Shown here: piece by piece, positions 1 to 11,195 of the stretch
How the letters are laid out: each line of letters opens with the position of its first letter
Position numbering within the stretch: position 1 is the first letter of the stretch
Assembly: GCA_963663405.2 (NCBI GenBank)
Contig: CAXXSM010000053.1
Span: 128,001-192,000, forward strand
Source of the DNA: a bacterium
GTDB lineage: Bacteria; Hinthialibacterota; Hinthialibacteria; Hinthialibacterales; Hinthialibacteraceae
Length of the DNA stretch: 64,000 nt
Reading direction: 5' to 3'
Program-made: the position numbers and the translations under genes
Notes under the pieces: model-generated
The model's input: only the letters and a program-made list of their open reading frames with translations
Told to the model about the DNA's origin: nothing
Databases searched by the model: none

Positions 1-2
1 GC

Positions 3-1928
3 TTGATCCTTCTCGAAGATATGATGGGCGGCGCCTGCGATGAAGTCCGTATCTCGACGAATGATGGCTCCTATGGTACGAAAGGCTTCGTGACGGATGT
101 TCTGCAGGAAATCCTTGATGAAGGGATCAAAGTCGATCACACCTTCGCCATCGGCCCTGTGCCCATGATGGCGGCGGTCAGCAAAATGACCGAACCTTTA
201 GGGATCGGCTGCACGGTTTCACTAAACGCCCTAATGGTGGATGGAACGGGGATGTGTGGCGGCTGCCGGGTTATGGTCGGTGAACAATCTAAATTCGCCT
301 GCTGCGACGGTCCGGATTTCGACGGCCATACTGTCGACTTTGATGAACTGATGAACCGCCAGAAATGGTACGCCGAACCGGAAAAATACGCCTTCTCCGT
401 CTACAAAGGGGAAGAAGAACATGCCCCCGTCTGTTTATACAAAAGCGATCTGGAAGATATCCAAGCCTACTGGAATCCGTCCGTGCCCGAAGGGATCGAT
501 ATTAATAATACGAATCTGAAACCAAAAGAACGCATGTCGATCCCCCGCCAGAAAATGCCCGAACAAGACCCAAAGATCCGCAGCCATAATTTTAAAGAAG
601 TCGCGCTGGGTCTGACGGAAGAATTGGCCAGAGCGGAAGCCGCCCGGTGTATCCAATGCAAAAAACCCCTCTGTATCTCCGGCTGCCCGGTGGAGGTGGA
701 TATCCCCCGCTTCATCAGACTCGTGACGGAAGGCAAATACGTCGAAGCGGCCCGCGCCATTAAAGAGACAAACGTGCTCCCAGCGGTCTGTGGCCGTGTT
801 TGCCCGCAGGAAACACAATGCGAGGTCAAATGCGTCCTCAAGAAGAAAGGCGAACCGGTCGCCATCGGCCGTTTGGAACGGTTCGTCGCCGATTATGAAC
901 GCATGAATGCTGAAGAGGAAGAATGGATTCCTCCAAAACCGACCGGTAAGAAAGTCGCGATTGTAGGTTCCGGCCCCTCGTCCCTTACTGTCGCGGGCGA
1001 TTTGATCGCCAGAGGTCACGAGGTGCATGTCTTCGAAGCTCTGCACAAGCTTGGCGGCGTCTTGATTTACGGCATTCCGGAATTCCGGCTCCCCAATGAA
1101 ATCGTTCAGCAAGAGATTGACGGCCTGAAAAAGAAGGGCGTTCACTTTTACACCAACGCCCTAATCGGACGCGCGAAACTTGTCGATGAACTCTTGGATA
1201 AAGATGGATTCGAAGCGGTCTTCCTCGGTACCGGCGCAGGGCTTCCCCGCATGATGCGGATTCCCGGTGAAAATTTGAAAGGCGTCTATACCGCGAACGA
1301 ATACTTAACACGCGTCAATCTCATGCGCGCCGACCTCTTCCCCGAATACAGCACACCCGTAACCGTTGGCAAACATGTCGCGGTCATCGGCGCGGGCAAC
1401 ACCGCGATGGACGCGGCTCGTGTCAGCAAACGCATGGGCGCGGAAGAGGTGAGCATCGTCTACCGCCGCACAATCGCCGAAGCCCCGGCGCGGGATGAAG
1501 AGATCGAGCACGCCAAGGAAGAAGGGATCGACTTCCGTTTCCTGACCGCCCCCATTGAACTATACGGCACGGATGACGGTTGGGTCAAAGAGATGAAGTG
1601 CATCAAGATGGAACTGGGTGAACCGGACGATTCCGGCCGCCGCCGTCCCGTCCCCATTGAAGGCTCGGAATACATTCTCCCCACCGAAACGATCGTCACC
1701 GCCCTCGGATTCGGGATCAATCCCCTCGTGCCCAGCACAACGGAAGGATTGGAATTGAATCGATGGGGTGTCATCGTCGCGGAAGAATCCACCGGCAAAA
1801 CAAGCAAAAAATCCGTTTTCTCAGGCGGCGACGCAATCACCGGCGGCTCCACCGTCATCCTCGCGATGGGCCAAGGAAGAATCGCCGCCCGCGCTATGCA
1901 TGACTACCTGATGACAGGTGTTTGGTAA
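3..1928 (+). CDS. nfnAB: Fused NfnA(C-terminal part)-NfnB electron-bifurcating NADH-dependent ferredoxin:NADP+ oxidoreductase (SudB/SudA, GltD-like); 5' end outside window
   Basis: N-part has NfnA/PyrK [2Fe-2S] motif MVDGTGMCGGCRV...CCDGPDFDGH. C-part has CIQCKKPLCISGCPV and CGRVCPQETQCE Fe-S motifs plus Rossmann motifs IVGSGPS and VIGAGNTAMDAAR, all in one frame. Confidence 0.9.
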   Translation: MILLEDMMGGACDEVRISTNDGSYGTKGFVTDVLQEILDEGIKVDHTFAIGPVPMMAAVSKMTEPLGIGCTVSLNALMVDGTGMCGGCRVMVGEQSKFACCDGPDFDGHTVDFDELMNRQKWYAEPEKYAFSVYKGEEEHAPVCLYKSDLEDIQAYWNPSVPEGIDINNTNLKPKERMSIPRQKMPEQDPKIRSHNFKEVALGLTEELARAEAARCIQCKKPLCISGCPVEVDIPRFIRLVTEGKYVEAARAIKETNVLPAVCGRVCPQETQCEVKCVLKKKGEPVAIGRLERFVADYERMNAEEEEWIPPKPTGKKVAIVGSGPSSLTVAGDLIARGHEVHVFEALHKLGGVLIYGIPEFRLPNEIVQQEIDGLKKKGVHFYTNALIGRAKLVDELLDKDGFEAVFLGTGAGLPRMMRIPGENLKGVYTANEYLTRVNLMRADLFPEYSTPVTVGKHVAVIGAGNTAMDAARVSKRMGAEEVSIVYRRTIAEAPARDEEIEHAKEEGIDFRFLTAPIELYGTDDGWVKEMKCIKMELGEPDDSGRRRPVPIEGSEYILPTETIVTALGFGINPLVPSTTEGLELNRWGVIVAEESTGKTSKKSVFSGGDAITGGSTVILAMGQGRIAARAMHDYLMTGVW

Positions 1929-2177
1929 GCTACATAGAACACTTCTCTCTATACAAACGAAAATTCATATTATGTCAGCCATATGAATGAATTAGGTATC
2001 AACAATCAATATACGAGGCGTCACTGAGCTAATTCTCCCCCCTAAGTATTGGCGCTTGCGCCGTTGTGTGAAAAATTGTTATATTGCCCTTCCTTCATTT
2101 ATCCATTCGCTTCATCTAAAAAAGAGTTACACGTTGGCTTTGGAACCTAAACACTCCTATCTTTTTATTGTAGTTTT

Positions 2178-2582
2178 TTAAGATTTAAGCAATAGAAGTG
2201 GTATTTTTATTTTGTGTTTAAGGCTTTTGGAGACGCTGCCGAACAGAAGGTCGCCGATAAATGTATGCCCATGAGTCGCCATAGCTACCAGGTCATAGTC
2301 ATTATTTTCAATCTCATCAAGAATTTGTTTGTCTGGTTCACCTTCTCGGATCACTTTATAAGCTTCAATCCTCTGATTTTCTAATTGTAAGCGATAAGAC
2401 TCAAGGCATGATTCAGCTTGTTCACTTAAAACACGATGTTGGTCAAGAGTATGAGAATGTACTACATGTAAAAGGTACACCTTCGCCTGGTTTTGAAGAG
2501 CAAGGGCGGACACATGTTTGATAATAGTATCATCAACGGATGAGCAGTCGATTGTCACTAAAATTTTTTTATATAATTGCAT
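2178..2582 (-). CDS. Universal stress protein (UspA family)
   Basis: YKKILVTID start, GEPDKQIL, YDLVAMATHGH...LFGSVS motif; 1 bp from mntH stop. Confidence 0.9.
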   Translation of the reverse strand: MQLYKKILVTIDCSSVDDTIIKHVSALALQNQAKVYLLHVVHSHTLDQHRVLSEQAESCLESYRLQLENQRIEAYKVIREGEPDKQILDEIENNDYDLVAMATHGHTFIGDLLFGSVSKSLKHKIKIPLLLLKS

Positions 2583-2583
2583 T

Positions 2584-3831
2584 TCACGCTCCCTTCACGA
2601 TTATCGAATAGAGCAAATATAGATTCAATAAAATCACTATTGCAGATATAATAACCGCTGTAATGAATTCTGCGTTGCCGCTTCTGAACGCACCCATGAG
2701 CTTCTTGTTACGGCACAGCATTAACAGCGGTATAAGAGTAAAAGGAAGTTGAACGCTTAAAACAACCTGACTGAAAATAAGAATACGAAATGTATCCATG
2801 CTGAAAAGAATGATCAAAAATGATGGAATCGCAGTAATAAATACAGAAAACTTATACAATAACGTGCGAGGATCCTCTGGCTTGCCCAGAAATCCTGTAA
2901 TTACATTCACTTCCGCCATTGATGATGTTATCGAGGAACCCACACCGGCGAATACCAGCGCAATGGCAAAAAGTAAACCAGCAAGAGGACCCGCCAGCGG
3001 CTTCAATGTGGCCGATGCTTGTTCTATACTGTCGACTGAAACATGATTGTTAAAAAAAACAGCGGCGGCGACAATAATCATGGCTGAATTTACAATCCAC
3101 CCCATGAGCATAGCCGATAACGTATCTATTTTTTCATATTTGATAAGGGTCATCTTCTCATTTTCGGATATTCCCCATTTTCTGCTGTGAATGACATTTG
3201 AATGAAGAAAGATGTTATGCGGCATAACGACCGCGCCCAGAATGCCCATTGCTATATAAATACTATCTCTATTTACATTAGGGATAATTATTGAAGGCGC
3301 TACTGCCGCCCAATCCGGTTTAACAATTAAAATTTCAATCAGATAGCATATTCCAATGATCGCTAAAAAACCGATTATAATAGTCTCAAGGCGATGATAC
3401 CTTTGACTAATAATTAAAAAGATTTCTAATAACACAGTAACAAGAGCCCCCAGCCAGAGAGGAAAATTAAATAGAAGATTAAACCCAATCGCTCCACCGA
3501 TAAGTTCCGCAACATCGGTGGCGACGCAGGCGAGAACAATTGTAAGTCCAAGAAAAAATGATATGGGCGCCGCAAATTTTTCCCGGATATTGACTGCCAG
3601 CGATTTACCAGTTGCGATCCCCAGTTTAGCAGCCATATGCTGGATAATGATTAGCATAAATGTACTAAGTGTAATTACCCAAAGCAGTTGATAACCATAC
3701 TTCGATCCTCCTTCGATATTCGTTGCCCAATTCCCAGGATCGATGAATCCAACTGTGACAATAAAACCAGGCCCAAGAAAGCGAAGTAGTTTTCTATAAG
3801 GTAAATTTATCTTATTCATGAAACTCTTCAT
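2584..3831 (-). CDS. mntH: Nramp-family divalent metal (Mn2+/Fe2+) transporter
   Basis: FIDPGNWATNIEGGS (DPGN) and GAVVMPHNIFLHS motifs, ~11 hydrophobic segments, SQVVLSVQLPF. Confidence 0.92.
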   Translation of the reverse strand: MKSFMNKINLPYRKLLRFLGPGFIVTVGFIDPGNWATNIEGGSKYGYQLLWVITLSTFMLIIIQHMAAKLGIATGKSLAVNIREKFAAPISFFLGLTIVLACVATDVAELIGGAIGFNLLFNFPLWLGALVTVLLEIFLIISQRYHRLETIIIGFLAIIGICYLIEILIVKPDWAAVAPSIIIPNVNRDSIYIAMGILGAVVMPHNIFLHSNVIHSRKWGISENEKMTLIKYEKIDTLSAMLMGWIVNSAMIIVAAAVFFNNHVSVDSIEQASATLKPLAGPLAGLLFAIALVFAGVGSSITSSMAEVNVITGFLGKPEDPRTLLYKFSVFITAIPSFLIILFSMDTFRILIFSQVVLSVQLPFTLIPLLMLCRNKKLMGAFRSGNAEFITAVIISAIVILLNLYLLYSIIVKGA

Positions 3832-4185
3832 AATATAAATACCAAATAACGTAAGTAAGATATAATACTTTTATCTCATAGGCGTTGAATCATGTTGTAT
3901 ATTTCTTTTTGACGCCCTCGGTATGATCATACCTGTTCCAACACGAAATTATCTACACAAACGATAACGTAATCAGTTATTCTCCTCAATCCCAACGCAA
4001 CATCCAATAGCATCGCCAGGGGCTTGGACTGGCTGGAATCGCATTGTTCTGTATCTTATATTTCGTTGTTCCGTTATTGCATAATTCCACAATAAGAAAC
4101 AATCAATCCCCACTCCATCTTGCCCGAAATCAAAACAAGGCTAAGGTCCTAAGGTATCCCATATTATCAACAAGGAAACAATAGG

Positions 4186-5555
4186 ATGCGTGAATACAAA
4201 AACACATATCGACCATTGATACTCCTATCCCTCTGTTTTTCATTGTGCAACGCTACAGCCGCCGCAGAGGATTTCCTCCTCTTCGACGTGAAAGACGCAG
4301 GAGAACCAAGCGCCGAAGCTCCTCTCGTACAACCGTGGAAAACAATCCCGATCGATCCGGATTATGGCGGGCGCTGGGTTGTGGCGGGGGATTTGGATGG
4401 CGATGGGACAGTAGAAATTGTCTGCGCGAAGAACGTGAACAATGACGACGTTCATTATACCAGCGCCATAGCTGCTCAACGGTTGGATGGCAGTATACTT
4501 TGGCGATGGGGTGATCCCACAATCGGACGAAAGAGATGGCATCACGACGTCGCCTGTCAGATCTACGATTGGGATGGAGACGGCAAAAACGAAGTCGTTC
4601 TCTGCGATAAAGGATTCCTAATCGAATTGGACGGCGCCACAGGAAAAGAGAAACGCCGGTTCCCCATCCAAGAAGACGCCACGGATTGCCTGGTCTTCGT
4701 GAATCTCTCCGGAAAACCACGGGCGGAGGATGTTCTTGTCAAGAACCGTTACCAACAAATCTGGGCGTACAAACGGCAAGGCGAGCTCATATGGACTGTC
4801 ACCGATCCCGGCGGATATCGTACGGCCCATCAACCCCGCCCCATCGATCTAGAAGGCGATGGCGCTGATGAGATCATCGCGGGCTACGCGGCTCTCAACA
4901 CCGATGGAAGCGTCCGATGGGTGTATCAATCCAAAGCCGTCGATCAAAAACGCGGGCATCTCGATTGTGTCCGCGTCGTTCGTAAAGGAAGGACGCCCGA
5001 AGATTTCCGGCTGGTCCTCACATGCTGCGGAGCGAATAACATCGCGATGGTGGATGGGAATGGGAAGGTCATCTGGGAAGTGTCCGGCCATCATTTTGAA
5101 TCCGCCGATGTCGCGCCCCGTCGTGCCCGGTTTCGATTCATTACAAATTTCCGTGGATATCGACCACTGCCCATATGGAGAAGGCCCAATATGGCTCTTC
5201 GATGAAGACGGCCGGCGCTTAGGGACGGATCATGACGCCTTACGCCCGCCATCACGTTCCCATCGATTGGACCGGCGATGGATTCTGCGAGATTGTCAAC
5301 GCGAACAACCGGGCGCTCTATAATCACCAAGGCAAACGAATCGGAACCTTCGCCACACCCGGTATCGCCGATGAAAAAGAGAAGCACGATGGAACAGTCG
5401 AGTTCAGCTGTTTCATAGGAGACATGACTGGCGATGGGATTCCCGACATGGTTCTCATCACTTCAGACACCGTCTATATCTACAAGAATCAAGAAGGCGC
5501 CAAGCCGGAGAAACCAGTTCCATTGGGAAGTGAGATCAACTTTACGCTTTACTAA
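4186..5555 (+). CDS. Secreted FG-GAP/beta-propeller protein, rhamnogalacturonan lyase (PL11)-like; two apparent 1 bp frameshifts (~5113, ~5227)
   Basis: Signal peptide; repeated DxDGDG motifs (GDLDGDGTVEI, DWDGDGKNEVV, DLEGDGADEII, DWTGDGFCEI, GDMTGDGIPDM) continue across ORFs 4186-5205, 4859-5323 (3' part) and 5232-5555. Confidence 0.7.
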
Positions 5556-8500
5556 TTCACGCGTTCGTGGGCCTGAAAAGACGGCGACACAGCGGAATGG
5601 CCATTGGGAAAATAGGGTTCCAAAGCGGCCACCAGATCCGCCCGGATCTGATAAATCTCTTCCTCCCCAAGATTGTCAAACGAACGGTCCCAATTGCCAT
5701 CGCTGTATTTTGAAAGCAGAGTTTCAGTTACCCGAAGACGGTTCCAACCATCCTGCCCCGCAAGCAGATTCGCCAATTCGATAATCTGCTGCGCCTGCCG
5801 CATCATCTTGACGCGCAGGCTCATAATCGGTCCTTCATACCGGCCAAAACCAGGAACGTTTTGACCTGAATAAATCGTTGAGAGAGTCTCGGCGTTTGAC
5901 CAGCTCGTCTGGAAATTATCCCAATAGGGCAAACCGCCATCGAGGCCCTGCGCCCACGCTTGCAAAAACCGCCGCGCGTGAAGAACGCCTAACTCCGTTG
6001 GAGCCGGGCCGCCCCCATACCAGACCCACCTCTCCCCATTCTCCAGCATCGTGTTCCGGTAACGAAGATGGGGCCAGTGCCAGTTTGATGCGCCCTGGTT
6101 CATCACATACCAATTAATGAGATTGTCCAACCGCCCATAATTCTGTCCCCAGCGGTCGCTGATATCGATACGCCAATGCCACCGCACGTTCGGAGCCTGT
6201 GCCAGCGCCGCCCCTTCGCGGTACAGTGTATGGAAGAATCCCACCGCCCGGAAATCATCGCCAGTCGAACATTCTTCCAAAATCCACAACGCGGCGCAAT
6301 TGTTGTAGTAATATTTATGATTCAAGTAAATCTGAAAGTACGTCCGGTTCCATCCTTTCGCTTCGGCGTGCTCGAACCATTCCTTCACGACATTGCGTAC
6401 GCCTTGCTTGTACTCTTCGGTAAACGACGTAAGCGCGTCGGGCGCGTCTGTCCAAAACGCGTTTGAATTCGAGTCGATCAATTGATTCCAATACGCGCCC
6501 CCCTCTCCCACCCGCGTCGAAACCATAGTTAGCGTCAAGCACATGAATCGGCCAGGATTCAAAAAACGTCGTGTAAAACGTGCTGACGGGCGTGTTCATC
6601 CCCGGACCTGTATAAGGACTGCCCGGCGTGTCCGGCGAAAAAGCCGAACCATCGAATAACGAGCCGTAGTGATCGTCAAACGTAGACCAATCATCAATAC
6701 GCTGTCCACTTCCCTCACCCGTCAGCGTAGGCGCGCGGTCAGATGTAACGCTTGCGCTCCAACCATAGGGAAGCGTATTGAGTGACATCCGGTGTTTCTG
6801 ACACGCCTGAAACCATTTAAGGCGTGTCTGGTCAGCGTTCCCGTAATCCCATTTGTTTCCATAACCGTTCAGATCGATGATAAAACTCAACTCGTCAGGG
6901 ATTTCGATGGGACTGACCTGAAGTGTAAGGAGAATCAAAACGGGCGCGCTCAATTCATTCGCGTTGACTTTGATTTTTCCAAAATACAGACCGGTTCGCG
7001 CGGTCTTAGGCGTATAAATATCAAACCAAATGGATTGATTTACACCGGATGGATTGTGATCGCGATCTGGAATCGAAAACACAGTGGGGAAAGGCGGTGT
7101 TAATGGGATGGCCGCGTCAGGATACCAGGTAGTGTTGGCTTTTACGTAATGCGCGAGAAACGCCTCTACATAGGGATAAGAGGGAATCACAGCGTTGTCT
7201 GGCCCCTTCTTCAAATCGCTGACCGCAATCTGGACGTTCGTGAGGGTATCGACTGTACGTTCCAAGACCAGCTGGAATCCAACCATCTCGTTGCGGCAGG
7301 CGGATAGGCTGATCGTATTACTTCCCGCGTCCCAAACCGCATTCGTTTTTTTGTATTCATCCGATCCTCTGCGCGCGTATCCATCTTCGATCCGGTTCCC
7401 TGTGACAGGATTCACCTTCGTGACTTCTGAACACGCCCAATAGCGCATGATCCCTTCCACCGTGGAGATCGCAGCGCCGCTCGAATCCGGAATGGAAAAG
7501 GCGCCGTCCGGCAGTGTTGAAACAGGGCGCGCCGCGGGCACAGTGAACGTCGCTATTTTGGTTGAACCTTCATTTCCCGCGCGATCGTACGCTCGAATAA
7601 AGACATGCTGAGCGCTTCCCTGAGTTAACTCTTCGATCAAGATTTTCTGCCGTGCGCCAGGTTTAGCGGGCCGGGGAATTCGCCATTGGGCGATGTCCTC
7701 CGCTGATTCAAAATCCGCCGATTCAGAAACGCGGACTCTATACCCAAACGCCGTCTCCGCTTGTGGATCTTCAGGCGCGGTGAAAGAAACAATGATCTCT
7801 CCATCCAATGGCCCCGGCTCCACTTCTAATGATTCCACTTCACCGGGCGGCTGCGTGTCTCGTTCCGGCGCGAATTGGATCAATAATCGGGGAGCCACAG
7901 TGTTGTTTTGATCCTTGGTATACACACGGGGATTGTCGTAGTTATACCCTCGTGGGTCCGTTACAGCCAATCCGTATTGATCGAGTGCAAGCGCGTAGAC
8001 GAGATCCGGATCGAGTTTCATTCGTATCCAAGTGTTTCCCCCGGATGTGTATTCCTCAAACGTCCCGCTTGCTTTATACCCATAGGAAACCAGAGAACCG
8101 AAATTTCCAAACGCGGCGGCGGAAAAATCGCTGTGAGTGAACGTCCATTCATCTTCCGGATTTGGATTGTTCGTATCCGTGGGCCGCCTCCTCCAACGCC
8201 AGCAGGCTTCCCCCCGCCTTCGCTTCGCCTCCCCCCGTGGAGCCTTCGTTCCAATCCGCGTTTATAGTTGACGCGGCAAGGGCGAAAACAGGAGTCGTAT
8301 CCGCTCTTGCCAAACGCAGTTCCGCGTCAAGAATCGTACGGCCGCGATAGAGCGTAAGATCAAATTTTAATCCCGTGATATCTTGATACCCTTTCAAACG
8401 TGTGCGCTGACTCGCCCCAAAATTCAAGAGCCATTCTTCCTGCCCCCCCGGCCCGCTGTACCAGCTGAACTGATTGTCGCCGACACATAACACGGTTTCC

Positions 8501-8592
8501 ACATCATCCGCGTCAGCGTCCAACCATTCCGCCGCATGACTCCAAGGCGTGGCGAAAATGAATAGGCAAAGAATCCAAATCATGATTATCAA
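5552..8592 (-). CDS. Large secreted modular protein: DNRLRE-like domain, FN3-like domain, GH123/DUF4091-like catalytic region; three apparent frameshifts (~8210, ~8035, ~6500)
   Basis: Signal peptide; LKFDL...ILDAELRL...WNEG (DNRLRE-like); DTQPPGEVESL...RAYDRAGNEG (FN3); RNEMVGFQLV, YPDAAIPL, NQSIWFDIYTP, MSLRVKMMRQAQQ (DUF4091-like); ORFs 8149-8592, 8018-8254, 6315-8021 and 5552-6562 abut at G/C runs. Confidence 0.65.
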
Positions 8593-8761
8593 CGTAATGA
8601 AGACATAATTTTCCCTTCAATATACTTAAAATCATTAGTTATACTAAACGCGGTCATAAACTGCGTTTCTCGTTTACCAAAAACCAGCCCATTGATAGCA
8701 TATACGTGAATCGAAAAGATATAATTATGACACTTGTTTTAGAATTGGAACAAAAAAACAA

Positions 8762-8847
8762 GGGTGCCCAGGGCAAGGCTTTTTTCTGCCCTGGCTACGT
8801 TCCGGAAATTATGCAAGGGGAGAAAAAAAACCTTCCCCTTGCTACCC
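8762..8847. repeat. Inverted pair of family-A REP-like palindromes
   Basis: GGGTGCCCAGGGCAAGGCTTTTTTCTGCCCTGGC at 8762-8795 (+) and GGGTAGCAAGGGGAAGGTTTTTTTTCTCCCCTTGC at 8813-8847 (-). Confidence 0.8.
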
Positions 8848-8899
8848 AGCTGCTTGATATATACCCTGCACGATCGTAATCTGTGTTTCTCATTTTCAT

Positions 8900-9001
8900 T
8901 TGTCTGAATCAAGATGGTCAGGATATCGAGGATAAACAAGATAAATGATTACATCGGCATCCTGATGATCCTTCCAATCTTGGGTATCCTGATTCAAACA
9001 A
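8900..9001. repeat. Inverted pair of family-B 9-nt-periodic repeats (MITE-like)
   Basis: TTGTCTGAATCAAGAT...GGAT...GGAT...AGAT (8900-8942) faces CATCCTGATGATCCTTCCAATCTTGGGTATCCTGATTCAAACAA (8958-9001). Confidence 0.75.
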
Positions 9002-9167
9002 TAATAGTCTATCACTCAATTTGCATACCGTCAGAATAAAACAATCCAAATGGCTGCTCCACGGTTTCACCACATTCTTACCTTGAAAAGGATTGACAGG
9101 AAAGCTTTTCATGGGAAAAATCTGGAAATCGGAAAGAAACAATGAATAACTGTGAGCGTGAAGAAAA

Positions 9168-9925
9168 ATGAATCCCATTGCGATCGAAGTCTGTATCAAT
9201 TCCGTTGATTCCGCCATCGCGGCGCAGGAAGGCGGCGCGCAGCGGGTCGAACTCTGTGATAATCTATATGAAGGCGGCACGACGCCAAGCGCGGGTTGCG
9301 TTGAACTCACTCGCCAGCGTATCACGATCGGCCTCCATGTGATTATCCGCCCACGAGGCGCCGACTTCTGCTATTCTCCCCTCGAATTTGAAATCATGAA
9401 ACGAGACATCGCCATCGTGAAAGACCTCGGCGCCGATGGGATTGTATTCGGGATTCTAAAATCAGACGGCGCCGTAGATGTGGAACGTTCCCAAGAGATC
9501 GTTGAACTCGCCCGGCCGATGAGCGTCACGTTCCATCGCGCCTTCGATATGACGCCCGATCCTATCCAGGCTCTGAATGATATTATCCCACTTGGTGTGG
9601 ATCGCATTCTCACATCCGGCCAGGCGAATAAAGCCATCGATGGCGCCGGCTGTATCGCGGATCTTGTCGCGGAAGCCAATGGGCGGACTATCATCATGCC
9701 GGTGGTGGCGTTAACGAAGAGAATATCGACACGCTTCTTTGGAAAACCGGCGCGAAGGAATTTCACGTCACTGGGCGGAAATCCATCGAAAGCGTCATGA
9801 CATACCGCAATCCGAACGTCTTCATGGGTGGACTTTCATCCATCCCCGAATATGAAATTGCAGTAACCGACGCCCAACGAATCAAGCGGATCGTCCAAAT
9901 CGCGATCGAGAGTATCATCTCATGA
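9168..9925 (+). CDS. cutC: CutC-family (copper homeostasis, PF03932) TIM-barrel protein; 1 bp frameshift at ~9699
   Basis: EVC...GGAQRVELCDNLYEGGTTPS, IRPRGADFCYS, TFHRAFD, RILTSG. The conserved MPGGGVNEENI...EFHVTG...YRNPNVFMG continues in another frame to TGA at 9923-9925. Confidence 0.88.
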
Positions 9926-9961
9926 ATGATTAATTTTTGTATACGCGAAAGGAGAAAGTAG

Positions 9962-10971
9962 ATGCGGAGAGTACTAGTTGTTTTTGTATTCATGTTGACG
10001 CTGACGTTTCAAACAAACGCGGCGGAAGAAACAAACGTTCCCGTCATGGGCAATTGGCAAGGTGAATTCACCAGCCAGGATGATAAAGACATGTCCATCC
10101 GCGCCCAGATCGTGGGAGAAAGCTCGGACACATACCGGGCGATCATTTTTGTGGCCAGTGAAGAGGGTGAAGAACGCTCGGTTACCATCAAAGGCAAAAC
10201 CACTAAAGGCGTAACGCATTTTGAAGGTGATGTGAACTTCGGACCGGATTGGGCTCTTATACCATCACCGGCGATTGCGCCAAAGGCGTCTTCAATGGCG
10301 CGTACACTGGAGACGAACGCGAAGGGACATTCGTCCTGAAACGTGTCCTGCTCAAGTCCCCCACACTGGGCCTCAAACCACCGGAAGGCGCAGTCGTTCT
10401 CCTTGATCCAGCTGATAAAGGGCCTGATATTGATGAGACCGTTTGGAACGTCCCCAAACGATGGCGGAAATCTAGTGATGGCGCGGCGCGTATTTCCGGT
10501 GGTTCTATGTGGACTCATAAAACATTCGGCGACGCCCAGATTCATTATGAATTCAGCACTCCTTATATGCCGAACGACCGCGGACAAGCCAGAGGCAACA
10601 GTGGTTTTTACATCCAAGGCCGTTATGAGATCCAAGTCTTAGATAGTTACACAGATATACCGGCCAATAACCTCTGCGGCGGCATCTACCAAATTGCGAC
10701 TCCATTGGTCAACGCCTGCCTGCCCCCTACGGAAATTCAAACATACGATATCACGTTCTACGCCCCCCGCTTCGACGAGAACGGCCAAAAAATCAAAAAC
10801 GCCGAACTTACGGTCGTTCACAATGGAAAAACCATCCACGATAAATTAAGCCTGCCACGCGCCACCCCCGGAGGGCTCAGCACAAAAGAAGCGCCCGAAG
10901 GAGCGATTCTATTACAAGATCATGGCGATGGTGTCGGTCACCACTATCTCTGGGTAAAACCCCTTGACTGA
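9962..10971 (+). CDS. Secreted DUF1080 (3-keto-disaccharide hydrolase) family protein; frameshift at ~10250
   Basis: Signal peptide; PPEGAVVL, FGDAQIHYEF, GQARGNSGFYIQGRYEIQVLDS, CGGIY, LLQDHGD. Confidence 0.85.
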
Positions 10972-10998
10972 TCGTTCGAATATCTTTATACATTGCTT

Positions 10999-11046
10999 TG
11001 TCCCGTAGGGACATTATACAATCGCCCAGCCTTTCAAGGCTGGGCG
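10999..11046. repeat. Family-D double hairpin (possible terminator of the DUF1080 gene)
   Basis: TGTCCCGTAGGGACA (10999-11013) then CGCCCAGCCTTTCAAGGCTGGGCG (11023-11046); the second hairpin recurs at 62777-62796. Confidence 0.6.
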
Positions 11047-11149
11047 CTTTCCTTTCCAAGACTTTCTGCAATATGGCTTACCTATTTTAAAATTTATAAA
11101 AAAATTGAAAACAATGAAATAAATCTCCTTCCAATTTCTTATATAAGAG

Positions 11150-11178
11150 TGATATCATATTGATATTCAAATCATATC
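11150..11178 (+). promoter_or_regulatory. Candidate operator for the downstream Arc/RHH regulator
   Basis: Palindrome TGATATCA followed by degenerate copies TGATATTCA and ATCATATC immediately upstream of the RBS (GAGGTG) of the SPFH gene. Confidence 0.4.
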
Positions 11179-11195
11179 GAATGAGGTGAAGAGAA

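Noticed and set aside
231-1858. Long antisense/overlapping ORFs here and throughout (e.g. 435-1145, 33596-34138, 51114-51731, 58480-59073)
   Set aside because: Shadow ORFs of well-supported genes with no recognisable motifs.
1953-1980. dif/pdif-like site (ACAAACGAAAA-TTCATA-TTATGTCAGCC)
   Set aside because: Only a partial XerD-arm match, a poor XerC arm and no convincing partner site.
3832-4185. yybP-ykoY (Mn2+) riboswitch upstream of mntH
   Set aside because: The characteristic GGGGAGUAGC...GAGACC elements were not found on the minus strand by eye.
5510-5555. C-terminus ...GSEINFTLY as another copy of the candidate sorting tail
   Set aside because: Similar aromatic spacing, but it lacks the [SA]-V-x-D core and may be part of the propeller fold; ambiguous, so not counted.
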